Below are positions 1-11,776 of a stretch of 64,000 nucleotides of DNA, piece after piece. The notes under the pieces were generated by a model that worked only from the letters and a program-made list of their open reading frames with translations, had not been told where the DNA came from and searched no databases. Both the position numbers and the translations under genes were made by a program. Each line of letters starts with the position of its first letter. Within the stretch, counting starts at the first letter, position 1. The stretch lies in the NCBI GenBank assembly GCA_002189035.1, contig NEEC01000010.1, positions 2,356,001 to 2,420,000 on the forward strand, given 5' to 3'. This DNA comes from Utricularia gibba (taxonomy: Eukaryota; Plantae; Magnoliophyta).

Positions 1-124
1 TTAAAATCCCTTTATAGGGTACTTCACTCAAAATAAAAGCATGAAGTATCCGAATCACAATGTATTTCCAACATGGAGATCTAGTGCATTTCAAATGACC
101 CTGTAGATGAGAAAAATAAACAAC

Positions 125-319
125 CTTTAATTCCTAAAGATGTTTGACCGGATCCAACAGCAGTCAGCGCATGTTCTATCTGAACGAGCTTGCCAGATGG
201 ACTGCATCCACCATAATAAGATTAAGCCAAGAACCAAACATGAAGGAGAAACATAATTCCACGATTTATTCTGAGTACCTGAAGGTGGTGAGGGAAAAAC
301 TGTACTGACTATCACCCAT
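125..319 (-). CDS. PAB1: 20S proteasome alpha-2 subunit, 5' part (exons 319-279 and 201-125; continues off the left edge)
   Basis: Spliced translation MGDSQYSFSLTTFS|PSGKLVQIEHALTAVGSGQTSLGIK matches the conserved alpha-2 N-terminus. Both junctions are GT-AG. The ORF track misses it. Confidence 0.93.
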
Positions 320-733
320 TGATTTCTGTCACGAAGCTTACCAATCGAGAAAATCCACTGAAAAGTTAAAACACTAGCTCTGAAGACCATAGATTTTCCA
401 AAAAACAATATATGAGGCATAGGTCCTGAACCCTTTTCAGTTTATCCATTGTGGAAAAAAGGCTAAGACAAGGTATACCCAGTCTACGCTTCATCTCCAC
501 ATAAAAGCTCAACAGAGAAAACAAAACTCCATTGCGGGCAATGAAGCTCGATTATTAAGAAAATCAACTGCAATGCACCATTCTATTCACCTGAAACAAT
601 TATCCCACACAAAATGCAGATCACGCTTACAGATTCCAAGTACCAAAACGACGAGACTGCAAATTGCAAGCTTTGTAGCGAGGTTTCTTGTTGGAGAAGA
701 TGGAGTTTGTCGCAGGTACGGGCTCAGTACTAA

Positions 734-827
734 TGGGCCGAAAAGCTCAACGGGGTGCCTAAACTGAGCCGAACCTAGACATAAGTACATTCAAGCCCAT
801 ATAACCCTGGAAAGTGAACCCAGCCCA
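734..827. promoter_or_regulatory. Site II (TGGGCY) element cluster in the divergent PAB1/STR1 promoter region
   Basis: TGGGCC at 734-739 and AGCCCA at 794-799 and 822-827, just upstream of the PAB1 leader. Site II motifs are typical of housekeeping promoters. Confidence 0.5.
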
Positions 828-1546
828 TACTGGATTATTAAAAAAAAATCTAAATTCATTTTATATAAAAAATGATTATATAGTCAGTAAAATGGATAAT
901 TCTTATAGTTAAATGAATGAACAACACAAATTAAATACATGATGATTTTAATAGTACATTTCTCATCATAACTCATTGCCAAAAAATTTAACAATACTAT
1001 TTTTTATACAATATTTTTCATTAAAATTTTTTTTTTACAGTTTTATGTTATATAAGATTTACGTGGATATTTTATTTTACTTTACTTTTTTTCATTTATA
1101 ATTGACGTGAGGTTAATAAACATTCTTTGCCAAGATATTATACTAAAATAAATTTCATTTTTTTAATTTCGACTTGTAAAAGCATCTTCAATTAATTATA
1201 TTTGACACTACCTAAATGGAAAGTATGAGTCATATCAATTTTCATTATTAATTAATATTATTTTACATAAGTAAGAATTATTTTGATTTAATTAATAGGA
1301 TATTTTCATTTTATCAATTTTTGCTGTATCCCATAGCTTACCTGGAAAATGGCGGTGACCACTGACCAGAATGGCTTGGAGTTCGGAAGGGCTTGGTGAC
1401 TCCGCAAATCCAGTCTTTCAGATCACTACAGAAAGAGATCCCGAGAGCCAAGGTGTTTGGAGGGAATCATTGGCGCGAATCCCTAAAAAGACCCTCTTCT
1501 GCCCTGAGCTTGTGGGGTAACTCTTCACTGTAAAGTCACTTACGTT

Positions 1547-4500
1547 ATGGCGTCGAATATTTTGTCCAGAACGCTCTTGTCTCGTTTCGCCTTTCAATTT
1601 TCCTCATCCTCCTCCTCCATATCGAAATCCCACTACATCGCTTCACTCTTGCCCGTGAGATTTCATCCATCATCTGCGTAAAACTTTTTTTTTATGTGCG
1701 CCTTTTTGCTCTCCTGGAATTGTTGTTGTTGCTTTTTTTTTTTTTTTTTTTGTCGTCAAGTTTTATGTTGGCCGGAATTCTTGTTGCTGACATTAAACTT
1801 GTTGAAACAAATGAATGAGATAACCGGAAATAGAGGGATATAGAAGTTTATAAAATGGAGTATCTCATGATGAGTGACTTTTTGTTTGTGCAGGAGTTGT
1901 TTACCTCTGATCTGCTTCATGTTTTACTAGTTTCCTCTTTCTAGGATAAAAAATATGTTTTTTATCTTAGGCAGCATGTAGATTCTACTACCCACACTCC
2001 TATTACAATGGAATACAAAGGCGGCAGTGAAAAAACGAACTTTTAATCGCTACAGAGTTACATATGATATGAAAGTTATACTTCTGGGAACTGTGATATC
2101 CTTTACTTAATTTTACAATGTGTGTGGCCTTACAATGTATTCAACTATGACTTCTTTATTTCTGGTTGCAGCGGAGACCTTTTCTTGTGACTGCCGGGTT
2201 ATCCAACTTGGCGTATAAACCTCAAAAGTCAATTTCTCGTGCCATGTCTTCTGCAGCACTTGCATCACAGGCTTCATTCTCTGTGGAGTCCTTATCAACC
2301 AAGGAACCTGTTGTTTCTGTGGAGTGGCTTCATGCAAACTTAAAGGAGCCCGATGTTAAGGTCAGAATGCTTTATGTAATGAAATTGAACTGATTTGTAC
2401 TAGTCATTTGACCATACTCAGATAATGGATGATGAATTTTAGCCCATATATTCGCTTAATGGCCCATTCATTACATATAGGGGGTGTTTAGAATGGCTTC
2501 GCTATGCATGAAGAGGAAAAATATAAATTGTAATGGATAGGTTACGGTGAATTTAGCATAACTTCGAAATGTGTGAAGCTCTCAATTAGACACTCTTGCA
2601 ATATATATTTTTTTTCTTATGGAAAGAGGCTGCATAGAAGTCACGGATAATTACTGTTATTACAGATATTATGTGTTCAACTGATGCTAAAAAACATTTC
2701 AGTTGTTGGTGATTAAGTATCATATCGAATCTTTTCAGGTGCTGGATGCTTCCTGGTACATGCCAGATGAACAGAGAAATCCACTTCAAGAGTATCAGGT
2801 TACAACATCTTGAATTTCTCAGATCAATCCAGTTTTTGGTTTCAGAATTTGGTGGGTATCAAATTATTTAAATCATGCTCAATTGAATTTTAGGTTGCAC
2901 ACATCCCTGGTGCACTTTTCTTTGACATTGATGGAATATCAGATCGTACAACTGATGTAAGATTATTTGCCTTACTAAACGTTCACTGGTGAACATTTCT
3001 TGTTCTACGCATTAAGTTTAGCTTACAAAATATGTTTCATGTTTTTTAGATGTCTTTTTATATGGTCACGAATCACACTAATACCTTTCAGTATATTGAC
3101 TATCAAATTCTGGTTCTTCTTCAAAAACTTTGTCCAAGTCAAGTGCATGTACACCTCATATGCCATTCTATTTGTTCAATACAGTTGCCTCATATGTTGC
3201 CCTCTGAAGAAGCGTTTGCTGCTGCTGCGTCTGCACTTGGTATTGAAAATAAAGATGGAATTGTTGTTTATGATGGGAAAGGGATTTTCTGTGCTGCTCG
3301 TGTTTGGTGGTGAGTATCTGAGTATCACAAACAACTGGGACTTGCATATTTATGTTGTCATGTGAAACGTTTCCAACCTTGAGTACGACTCTCTAAACAG
3401 GATGTTTAGAGTATTTGGGCATGATAGGATTTGGGTTTTGGACGGAGGGCTTCCAGGATGGCGTGCATCAGGTTTTGATGTTGAATCTAGTGCATCAAGT
3501 GATGCTATCTTGAAATCCAGTGCTGCAAGTGACGCTGTTGAGCAAGTGTACAAGGGGCAACGTGTTAGTTTCTTGAGCTTGCTATGTGCTTTTGAAATTT
3601 CTATCCGAATAATTCCGCTGTTTCATGCCAACTTTTTATGAGTTGACATCATTTGATGCTGATATGTGTTATCTCATGCTGCAATAAGAATCTCTCACTA
3701 TATCTGCAGGTGGGGCCTGTTACCTTCCAGACCCATTTTCGGCCCCATCTTATCTGGTCGCTTAAACAGGTACCTTTTCTCAATTTGATTTGGTTTTACT
3801 TTGGCTACAGAATTGTAAATTCATTTTAGCATTTCATTACAATACTAGTGTTCTTCTTTTCTTTTTTTTTTTTTTCTAGAACTCATTTTACCTGAGATTC
3901 TTTTAGTGTCATGCATTAGACTGTCAACTCGAATAAGCGTTTGAAACGATATTAATTCTTAACATGGTAGTAGCCTAATATTTAAATCCAGTATGTGTAG
4001 GATAAAGACGTGTAAAAAACCCAGGCCAGCTTTTGATCAGGAAATCTGTCTTTGTTTCAGAGTTTAATGTGTCCTCATTTTTCAGGTTCAGAAAAATATG
4101 GAGGACAGAACATACCAGCATATTGATGCTCGCTCAAAAGCTAGGCAAGTTTTTACGGGAAATTTTATGTTGGTATTGTTTACTCAAAGTCACGATTAAC
4201 AGTGTGATGTCTGCAGCTTTCTGATTGTGCTTTTATGTGTATTCCATCCCTTTTTCTTTGGATGAAAACTACTGCCACCCTTTGCAATCCGTTTGAGATT
4301 TTATCCACTCTCAGGTTCGATGGAGTTGTCCCGGAGCCTAGAAAGGGAATAAGAGGTGGTCATATTCCAGGGGGTAAATGCATTCCTTTCCCTCAGGTAA
4401 CATGGGGAGACAATTATGCGTTTCTTCCATTTCAAAGCTGCACAGTGATTGTTTCTCCGGGAGCAAGAACACCCTGTCCCCATTTGTCATTCACTTGCAA

Positions 4501-4932
4501 GCACTCTGTTCCTTTTCTTGATGCAGATGCTGGACAGCTCCCAAAACCTCTTGCCTGCGGATGAGCTGCAAAGGACATTTGAAAACGAAGGTGAATGCTC
4601 CTCAAAATTCTACTTTGAAACCAGTTTCACTTTAGAAAATGCCAATTTGTAAGCATGTATGTATTGCCACAGGAGTCTCGTTGGATGATCCGATAATAGT
4701 CTCTTGCGGGACTGGTGTGACTGCTTGCATCCTGAACCTGGTAAGTCCTTTGTGAGAAAAATGAGCGAGAGGGGTGTCAAGGTTCATGCATGCGTTTATA
4801 CTGAAGACTGCAAAATCTGGGTTGCAGGGGCTGCATCGACTGGGGAAGACGGAAGTCCCCGTTTACGATGGATCGTGGACAGAATGGGCCGTGAATCCTG
4901 ATCTACCGGCGGTCACTGCTGTGCAGCAGTGA
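1547..4932 (+). CDS. STR1: 3-mercaptopyruvate/thiosulfate sulfurtransferase (two-domain rhodanese) with N-terminal transit peptide, 12 exons
   Basis: Exons give VLDASWYMP, HIPGALFFDID, DARSKARFDG, the catalytic loop SCGTGVTAC and YDGSWTEW. Ser-rich N-terminus MASNILSRTLLSR. Stop at 4930-4932. One GC-AG intron (4145-4314). Confidence 0.95.
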
Positions 4933-5112
4933 GTGAGCGTGTGAATGCATGTAACGGCTATGCTTTCTTTTTTGCCTTGTTTAGGCGATAGCTGCGGATC
5001 AATAAGACAGATTCACCTGAGATCTCAAGAAGCATTTTTTTATCTCTGTGTTTGTAGACAAAATAATTCAACTAAAAAGAAGATAAAATAAATGCAAAAA
5101 AGTTACATTCTT

Positions 5113-5185
5113 GATCGCGTGGCCTAATGGATAAGGCGCTCGCCTCCGGAGCGGGAGACTGTGGGTTCGAGTCCCATCGCGATCG
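5113..5185 (+). tRNA. tRNA-Arg(CCG): tRNA-Arg(CCG), intronless
   Basis: Acceptor stem GATCGCG/CGCGATC, A box TGGCCTAATGG, anticodon arm CTCGC-CT CCG GA-GCGGG, T arm GTGGG-TTCGAGT-CCCAT; 73 nt. Confidence 0.97.
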
Positions 5186-5199
5186 CTTCATATCAGTTC

Positions 5200-5206
5200 T
5201 TTTTTT
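5200..5206 (+). terminator. Pol III oligo-T terminator of the tRNA
   Basis: T7 run 14 nt downstream of the discriminator base. Confidence 0.75.
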
Positions 5207-5507
5207 GCAAGCAAAACGCTGTTGATTGGAATAAATCAATCATGCAGTTGCAGCGTCGATCGAGCATTGCCTTTTTAAATCTTTAGGAATACATGGAATG
5301 ATTAATTGCTGTGTTGCAGCAGTGCCTTTTTTTTTTTATTTCTACCAATTACCTTGTACAATATATTATTTCAGACACGGAATTGAAAGAGAGCACAACC
5401 GGATCTGCAGGTGCGCAGAGTAGATCAGGCAGCATCCTACACGATAATAAAAACTCTGTAGAGATCTTCCTCTCCGCTTTACATACAAATCAGGCACCGC
5501 CCTCAGC

Positions 5508-7542
5508 TCAAACCGTCACTGGAACCGCCTCATCGAGGGCCAAAACCCCGGGAAGCTCCTTCCCTTCCAACAGCTCTAGACTCGCACCGCCGCCCGTCGA
5601 AATGTGGCTCATCACATTCGCAACCCCAACCTTCTCCACGGCAGCTACAGAATCGCCGCCGCCGATGATCGTAGTCACCCCCTTCCCACTGAGATCCGCT
5701 AGCTTGTTTGCGATTGCCTGCATTGCCGGACATGGTCAAGAACAGCAGCTTTTCGGTTAAAACTACAAATACGTTTTCAGGAGTGGGCATACCTCGGTGC
5801 CGACTGCAAATTTTTCAAACTCGAACACTCCCATGGGTCCATTCCAGATCACCGTCTTGGTCGTCTCAAGGGCGGCGCTGAAGGTCTTGATGGAGTCAGG
5901 TCCGATGTCGAGTCCCATCCAGCCATCCGGGATGGAAGAAGCGGGAACAACCTGTTGATACAACCACACCTTATCGCCACTGGCCATGAATGGATCTTGT
6001 TATGCAGAGCATTGATGAGTTCAGTATGGGACCTTGCTTTCTGCATCTGGGGCGAACTTGTCGGCGATGACGACATCGGTGGGAAGCAAGAGATCAACTC
6101 CTTTGGCCTTCGCCTTTGCTAGGAGCGATGTAGCGAGATCAAGCTTGTCTTCTTCCACCAAGGATGATCCAACGGACAGCCCTTGTGCTTTGTAGAATGT
6201 GAAGATCATCCCTCCGCCAAGAAGCAAAATGTCAACTTTCTCGAGAAGGGATTCGATCACACCAATCTTGGAAGAGACCTTTGAGCCACCCACAATTGCA
6301 GCAAATGGCCTTTTGGGGTTGGAAACAGCACCAACAAGATAGTCTAGCTCCTGTGTCGCAGTAACCAGAACAGCTGATAAGAAAACAAAACTACCAACAC
6401 GTTTCCAATATCAAAGAACGTAGCTTTATCAAACCTTCTGCAAAAGGAAGCCGGCAACTGAAGGCTTCAGGAACTTTGTCACTCCCTCGGTGGATGCATG
6501 TGCTCTGTGTGCAGTACCAAATGCGTCATTTACATACAGGTCTGCTAAAGAGGCAAGCTTTTGAGCAAACTCGGGCTCATTTTTCTCTTCCTCCTTGTAG
6601 AATCTCACGTTCTCAAGAAGGAGAACGCCACCATTAGGTAATGAGCCAACCAGATTTTCGACCTCTGGACCTATGCAGTCGTCAGCTTTCACAACCTGAG
6701 CCATTCGGGCAACGTATAAACTCATACTGAATTATATGTAATGCAGATATGGGTAGAAAACAAGTGGTCTTATTGCTTCAAGCACCCTCTGAAAATAGAA
6801 CCACCAAGAGTTCATCTAGCCCTCAAAATTGGAGGTACCTGAATTCCCAGCAGTTCGGATAGCCTGGGACAAGAGGTGCTAGGCTATACTTTGGGGTGAC
6901 ACCTTTTGGCCTTCCCTGAGTAACAAACAAAGATCAAGCTTTATTATTCAACTGAGGATGATATATAACTGCATATTATTGAAAAACTATCAGGAGGCAA
7001 TCCAGATTGCTCATCGATGTAGAAGGCTGAGAAGCTTTGTAATTCTACATACAAGCAGTAAAAAGGGACTTTTTTTTAGGTAACAGAGACAAAGGGTGAT
7101 CCAGAGTTCATCGAAGAACACTGCACTGATAAACACTCACCAAGTGGCTAGAAAGAATGACTTTAGCCCCATTGTTGATCAAGTGCTTGATGGTGGGCAC
7201 CGCAGCTCTGATCCTCGTATCATCAGTGATGTTCTGGCTATCATCGAGAGGAACATTAAGATCAGCCCTCACAAACACCCTCTTCCCCTTGAGATCGACG
7301 GAAGATAGATCGCCGACGCTCTTCTTCGCCATGGAAACAACTCCCCTCACAGGCTTTGACTTCAGAGAGACCTGCTTACTGGAAACGAAATGTGCGAAAA
7401 TTGGGTCGCCGGCAGTGGCGGAAAATCCCAGACGAGACTTGCCGAAAAAGTGGGTTGTGGGGAGAGTGTGGGAAGCCATGGTCGCGGCAGCGGAAGTCTT
7501 GGGGATCCCGCAGAAGACGAGAGACGCGGCCGCGGACGCCAT
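5508..7542 (-). CDS. PGK1: Chloroplast phosphoglycerate kinase, 6 exons (apparent -1 indel in exon 2)
   Basis: Transit peptide MASAAAS..., then [30 protein letters not shown] and [16 protein letters not shown]. Exon 2 (6915-6839) is 77 nt where 78 nt is needed. Confidence 0.95.
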
Positions 7543-7993
7543 TGTCGAAAGATTGCTGCTGTGAGGGGCGTCGGAAACGAGTGTGGGTTTGATCGAGCAA
7601 CCAGAAAGACAAATAGACAATCGAAATGAGCTGATGATGATGAGGCTCTGTGGGCACAGGTTGTGGGTGCCCCTTATCGTCAGAAGATAATTCAGTGATT
7701 CTCAGGCACACACCCACACCCCCTCCGGCATACTTACAAAACCAAGATACCACCTTTGCACTAAACTAACCTACGAATCAAAGGCAATGTAATGAAAACC
7801 ATTGTTTTGGTCAAAAAAACGTAGTAAAATCCGAATGCATTCTCCATAATGTTTTAGATAGGAAATGGTTTCATTTCACTTATTCCAAAGGTAGTTTTTT
7901 TTCGTCTTTTGAGAAAAATGTTGATACCTGCACCACAAAGAAGAGGATCGGTGTAGTTTTTACACCATGAATTACACTGTCTCTATATACCGC

Positions 7994-9798
7994 TTATAAT
8001 CTGCTGGCTGGACCGCCTTTAGCGGCCGAGCGCGACCGTTTCTCCACCGCCCGAGAGAATTGTTTCACGGCATCTTTGGAGAAAAGACGAAGCTTGCTCA
8101 GCCACATCCCTCCATCAACAGGCAAAGTGCTTCCATTAATATATCTACCTGCACAGATTCGCACAAACAACAGCTTTCAATCTCAAAACAAATCTTCATC
8201 TGCTAAATAGAAAGCAAGCCTATAGAATGTTACTTCAAAGCAAGCCTAAAAACTAAGCCCTTTTCCTGAAGTAAACCCCGCCGGTGAAGGTAGGCTAGAG
8301 ACTTTTCGAAGCAAAAGTAAAGAGTAAGGGGTCATGGTCCATGTTGTAACTGGAAATGAGTGAGTTAACAGCATAAAACAAGGACTGACCGGCATCCGAG
8401 GCCAGAAAAACAGCAGTCATAGCAATATCCCACTTGGTTCCAAGTCTAAACAGAGGCATGTAATCACTTGCTATGCCGTCTATCTCTGGTGGCGCAAGCT
8501 TACTCATGCCAGGGGTATCGCCGATGGGACCTGGGGCAATCCCATTTACCCTGATATCGTAGTCCGTACCCCATTCAAGTGCTAAGCCTCTCGTTGTGGC
8601 ATCAACAGCAGCCTGAGGAGAAAAAGCAGTTTAACACCGAAATTTCTAGAAAGCATAAGTGAGCAGGAATCATCAATGCATTCAGAGACCTTAGCAGCAG
8701 CAACATGGATCTGATACCAAGATGCAGTGTAATGTAATGTGGCACTGATGTTCAATATAAGCCCTCCGGTGGAGGTTTTCCCTGGCCCACCTTTCTTAAG
8801 GTAAGGAAGAGCCTCATGGCACATTGTAAACGTTCCAACAGAATCAATGTCCATCACTACAGAATATAACAAGTTGTTCTATCACTATAGTGTATGCTTG
8901 AAAAAAAAACAAGGCAAATAAAGGCTTAATGATCCATGGAAAAGCTACAAGTACTTCCTGAAAACAAGAGTAAAATGAAAAACACGATTATCAAGGGCAC
9001 TTTCATAGTTCCTTCCATTTTATATTCAGAGACCAAAAGGCTAAGCATTAATCGGAAACCGTATGAATCCAGAGTACACAACAGTCTTCAATGAACACGA
9101 GAACGAACTACGCAAGATTACATTTTCAATATAGAAAGGCGTAAAACAAGCCAATGTACACAACAAAGTAGAATTAGCTTTATATATGGGTTTGAGCATC
9201 ATCCTTTCCTTTCCTTTCAACGTTTGCTTTATGTGGAATTAGAAACATTATAGTTACCACATTATTTGAACAGGCACAAGCAGATTAACTTCAAAAACCG
9301 AGGTCAGCTGACTACTTCGAACAATTACCTGTTTTAAAGCCGTTCGGAGAGAGATCCTCAGGAGAAACCAGAAAATTTCCGGCCGCGGCGTTCACGAGAA
9401 TGTCGAGCTTCCCAAAATGGTTCACGGTTGCCTCCACCACTCTTCGAGCATCTTCTTGGTTCCTCACGTCCCCCTCGAACCCAACAGCCTAAATAAAAAG
9501 TCATCCATCAAAAAAATTCCCCAAAAAAACCCATCTCAGTCCCACAACTGGGCGCAATAAGCGTTTTATCGTATTTAATTAGACATGGGAGGAGGAAGAA
9601 CAAGAGAAATACAGGAATTCCAAGCGACAGAAGAGCCGTAACGGCGGCGTCAAGTACAGCTTTTCTCCGGCCCATGATGGCGACAGAGGCGCCATGCTTA
9701 CCGAACTGAGTCGATATCTCTAACCCAATTCCCGACCCGCCGCCGGTCAAAAGAGCTACCTTCCCTTGTAGAACATCGGCCTTGAAAGGCGATTCCAT
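7994..9798 (-). CDS. SDRB: Peroxisomal 2,4-dienoyl-CoA reductase (SDR family)
   Basis: TGGGSGIG Rossmann motif, LVNAAAGNF, NISATLHY, VNGIAPGPI and VDGG. The last exon ends GGPASRL*, a PTS1 signal; stop at 7996-7994. Confidence 0.93.
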
Positions 9799-9967
9799 TT
9801 CTTGGACTTCTATGGATCGCTGAAACCCACGGAACTTAAAAAAAAAACAAAACGCATGTTTTATAATGTAAAATGTATTTAAAATGAAAAATATATTATG
9901 TAGTAGTTATTGGGCACAATTGATACCACGGAGGTTATTTTGGTACTTTGCCGACTGGCGTCATCTA

Positions 9968-9977
9968 TTTAGGGTTT
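9968..9977 (+). promoter_or_regulatory. Telo-box at the head of the snoRNA cluster
   Basis: TTTAGGGTTT. Telo-boxes are common in plant snoRNA and ribosome-biogenesis promoters. Confidence 0.55.
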
Positions 9978-10004
9978 CTTCCATCCGTCTTCGCACCCAG
10001 CGCC

Positions 10005-10113
10005 TCTCTGGGGATTCAATACTGCGTTTTTTAAGCCTTACTCCGTAGCAATCTACGTTAATCGGCGGAGGGACGCCGGTGATGCGATCTGAATTGTCCG
10101 TACCATCTGAGCA
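10005..10113 (+). ncRNA. Box C/D snoRNA guiding 2'-O-methylation of 25S rRNA (5' boundary uncertain)
   Basis: TTGTCCGTACCA (10094-10105) is a perfect 12-nt complement of conserved 25S UGGUACGGACAA and ends 1 nt before D box CTGA (10107-10110). C/C'-like GTGATGC at 10079. The true C box is degenerate or not located. Confidence 0.65.
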
Positions 10114-10244
10114 TCGATCTCTTTCCAGAGGTTTTGTGTGATGCTTCAAAGTTAGCTTCTGAGGTCTCCCTCTGTCTACGGTTCCATCCCTCGTTTCATT
10201 CAAGATTCTATATGGTCTTGATTTTCGATTCCTCTTTTCGAATC

Positions 10245-10300
10245 GGCGACGAAGGCCTACATTATGGTTTTGATTTCAGTCAATCGTTCGTACCTGAGCT
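10245..10300 (+). ncRNA. Candidate second box C/D snoRNA (U34/snR62-like guide)
   Basis: Layout: C-like GCGACGA (10246), GCCTACATT (9-nt complement of 25S AAUGUAGGC), D'-like ATGG, C'-like TTGATTT, and D box CTGA (10294). The boxes are degenerate and the duplex is short. Confidence 0.35.
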
Positions 10301-10346
10301 CTCGATTTTCCATTTTTCTTAAAACGAAATTCTGGCGTTTGATTTG

Positions 10347-10492
10347 AAGGCAATAAATTAGAGTCACTGGTGCACCTTGTTTGAATGGTGCACACAGCGC
10401 TGTACGTTGCCGACATCAGAATTCTCTGGCGCTGAGATTCTGGCATCGCCTTACACACAATGAGGCAAATGCATTCAGATGTGCCTACATCT
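10347..10492 (+). ncRNA. Box H/ACA snoRNA
   Basis: Hairpin 1: lower stem GGCAA/TTGCC, upper stem GTGCACC/GGTGCAC. H box ACATCA at 10413-10418. Hairpin 2: GGCGC/GTGCC, GCAT/ATGC and GCCTTA/TGAGGC. ACA at 10487-10489. Both pockets sit about 14 nt from their box; total about 146 nt. Confidence 0.65.
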
Positions 10493-11776
10493 TCATCCAA
10501 TCCTCTTTTGAATTTTTTTTATTTTCAAATTTCGGAAAAGATACTGTACCAGTATATGAGAAACTTATCAAAATACTAGAACTGATTTAGATTTCAAGAT
10601 TGCGAAAACAGATCAAACAGAAGACTGTTTTTTGTTATCCGATGAACGATTTGAAAAATTGTTGTGAAATTTTTCTCCGGGCAAATTTATAAATCGCTAC
10701 GTTTTCCTCACTCTACTAGAGTTCATCTACTCCTACCTCTCGCCGAACATCTGCTGATGTGAATCGTCGGGCATGTTGCCCCAAGGAAGAAGCTATGCCA
10801 TATAACCTGCCACCGGAGGCGATGCTGATTGCTGAGGGAAAGTCTCAAAAAAGATGTGAAGGCTATGCTTGTAATTACTGAAAAATTGTACATCATTTAA
10901 AAAATTATTTAACTTTGCAGTTGGTTTAATAATTTAACAACATAATTTGTTTACATAAAACGTTGTAAACATTTTTTTCCAAAATCTTAGGTCACTGAAA
11001 ATGCAAATTAAATGATTACTCTTTTTAAGGTAATTAATTTATTACTCAAACCCCACAGAGTAAATTAGCATCGTATCGGTGTTTTAAGATCAATTTACAA
11101 CATATATCATATATTAAAAATGTGCTTAAAACATATTCTATTAAAAATATTTTTTTATAAGTTAATGTAAAAAGTTTAAAATAATTTTATAAATTTATAA
11201 TTTCTACCTTATGATAAAAACATATCGAAAATTGATTTTCGATAAACTCTTTCTTTAATTTGCAAAATATCCTAATAACGGTAGATGCGAAACATGGATG
11301 GCTGGAGATGTAAGGGTGCCAGAACCGGAGATGGGCAAACGGCTATAATCGTGCCTGATTATTCCGTCTGGAGAAGGTGAACTTCCGAACAAAAGCTCGC
11401 CGGAATGAAGTAAGCCCATCACCAGATACATTTCTCTAAAATCTGACTCATTCTGGTCTCCCTGAGGCACTAATTTGCTTCTCAACGAATCTAAATGGCT
11501 TAAATGCAGTCTATTTTGCAAACCAGATGCGGGTGTTATACAAACAGAATGAGAGGCAGGCTACTTGATCAATGCGGCCAAATGCCATCATTCGTCTTTG
11601 TCATTTGATTTGACATTCATTCACCATTGTTGGGACGTGCTTGTCTGGCCTGGCATGGTCAATCGCAAGAGACCTGGCAAAGCTCCAATTTTTTCCTCCT
11701 ACTTGTAACTGTGGCGATGCACATGAGATTCCACCTTTCCCTGTCCTCTGCCATCTGAATTCACTCTTGCTGCCAG

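Noticed and set aside
10144-10153. CTTCAAAGTT complementary to 25S rRNA
   Set aside because: It ends 5 nt before CTGA, so it breaks the D+5 rule, and the unit is too short.
10359-10411. Alternative U19/snR191-type target for H/ACA hairpin 1
   Set aside because: The 3' pairing would sit only about 7 nt from the H box, and the U2416-equivalent fits the 14-nt spacing better.
10700-10870. Further snoRNA or miRNA downstream of the cluster
   Set aside because: Only short scattered stems, with no convincing boxes or long hairpin.
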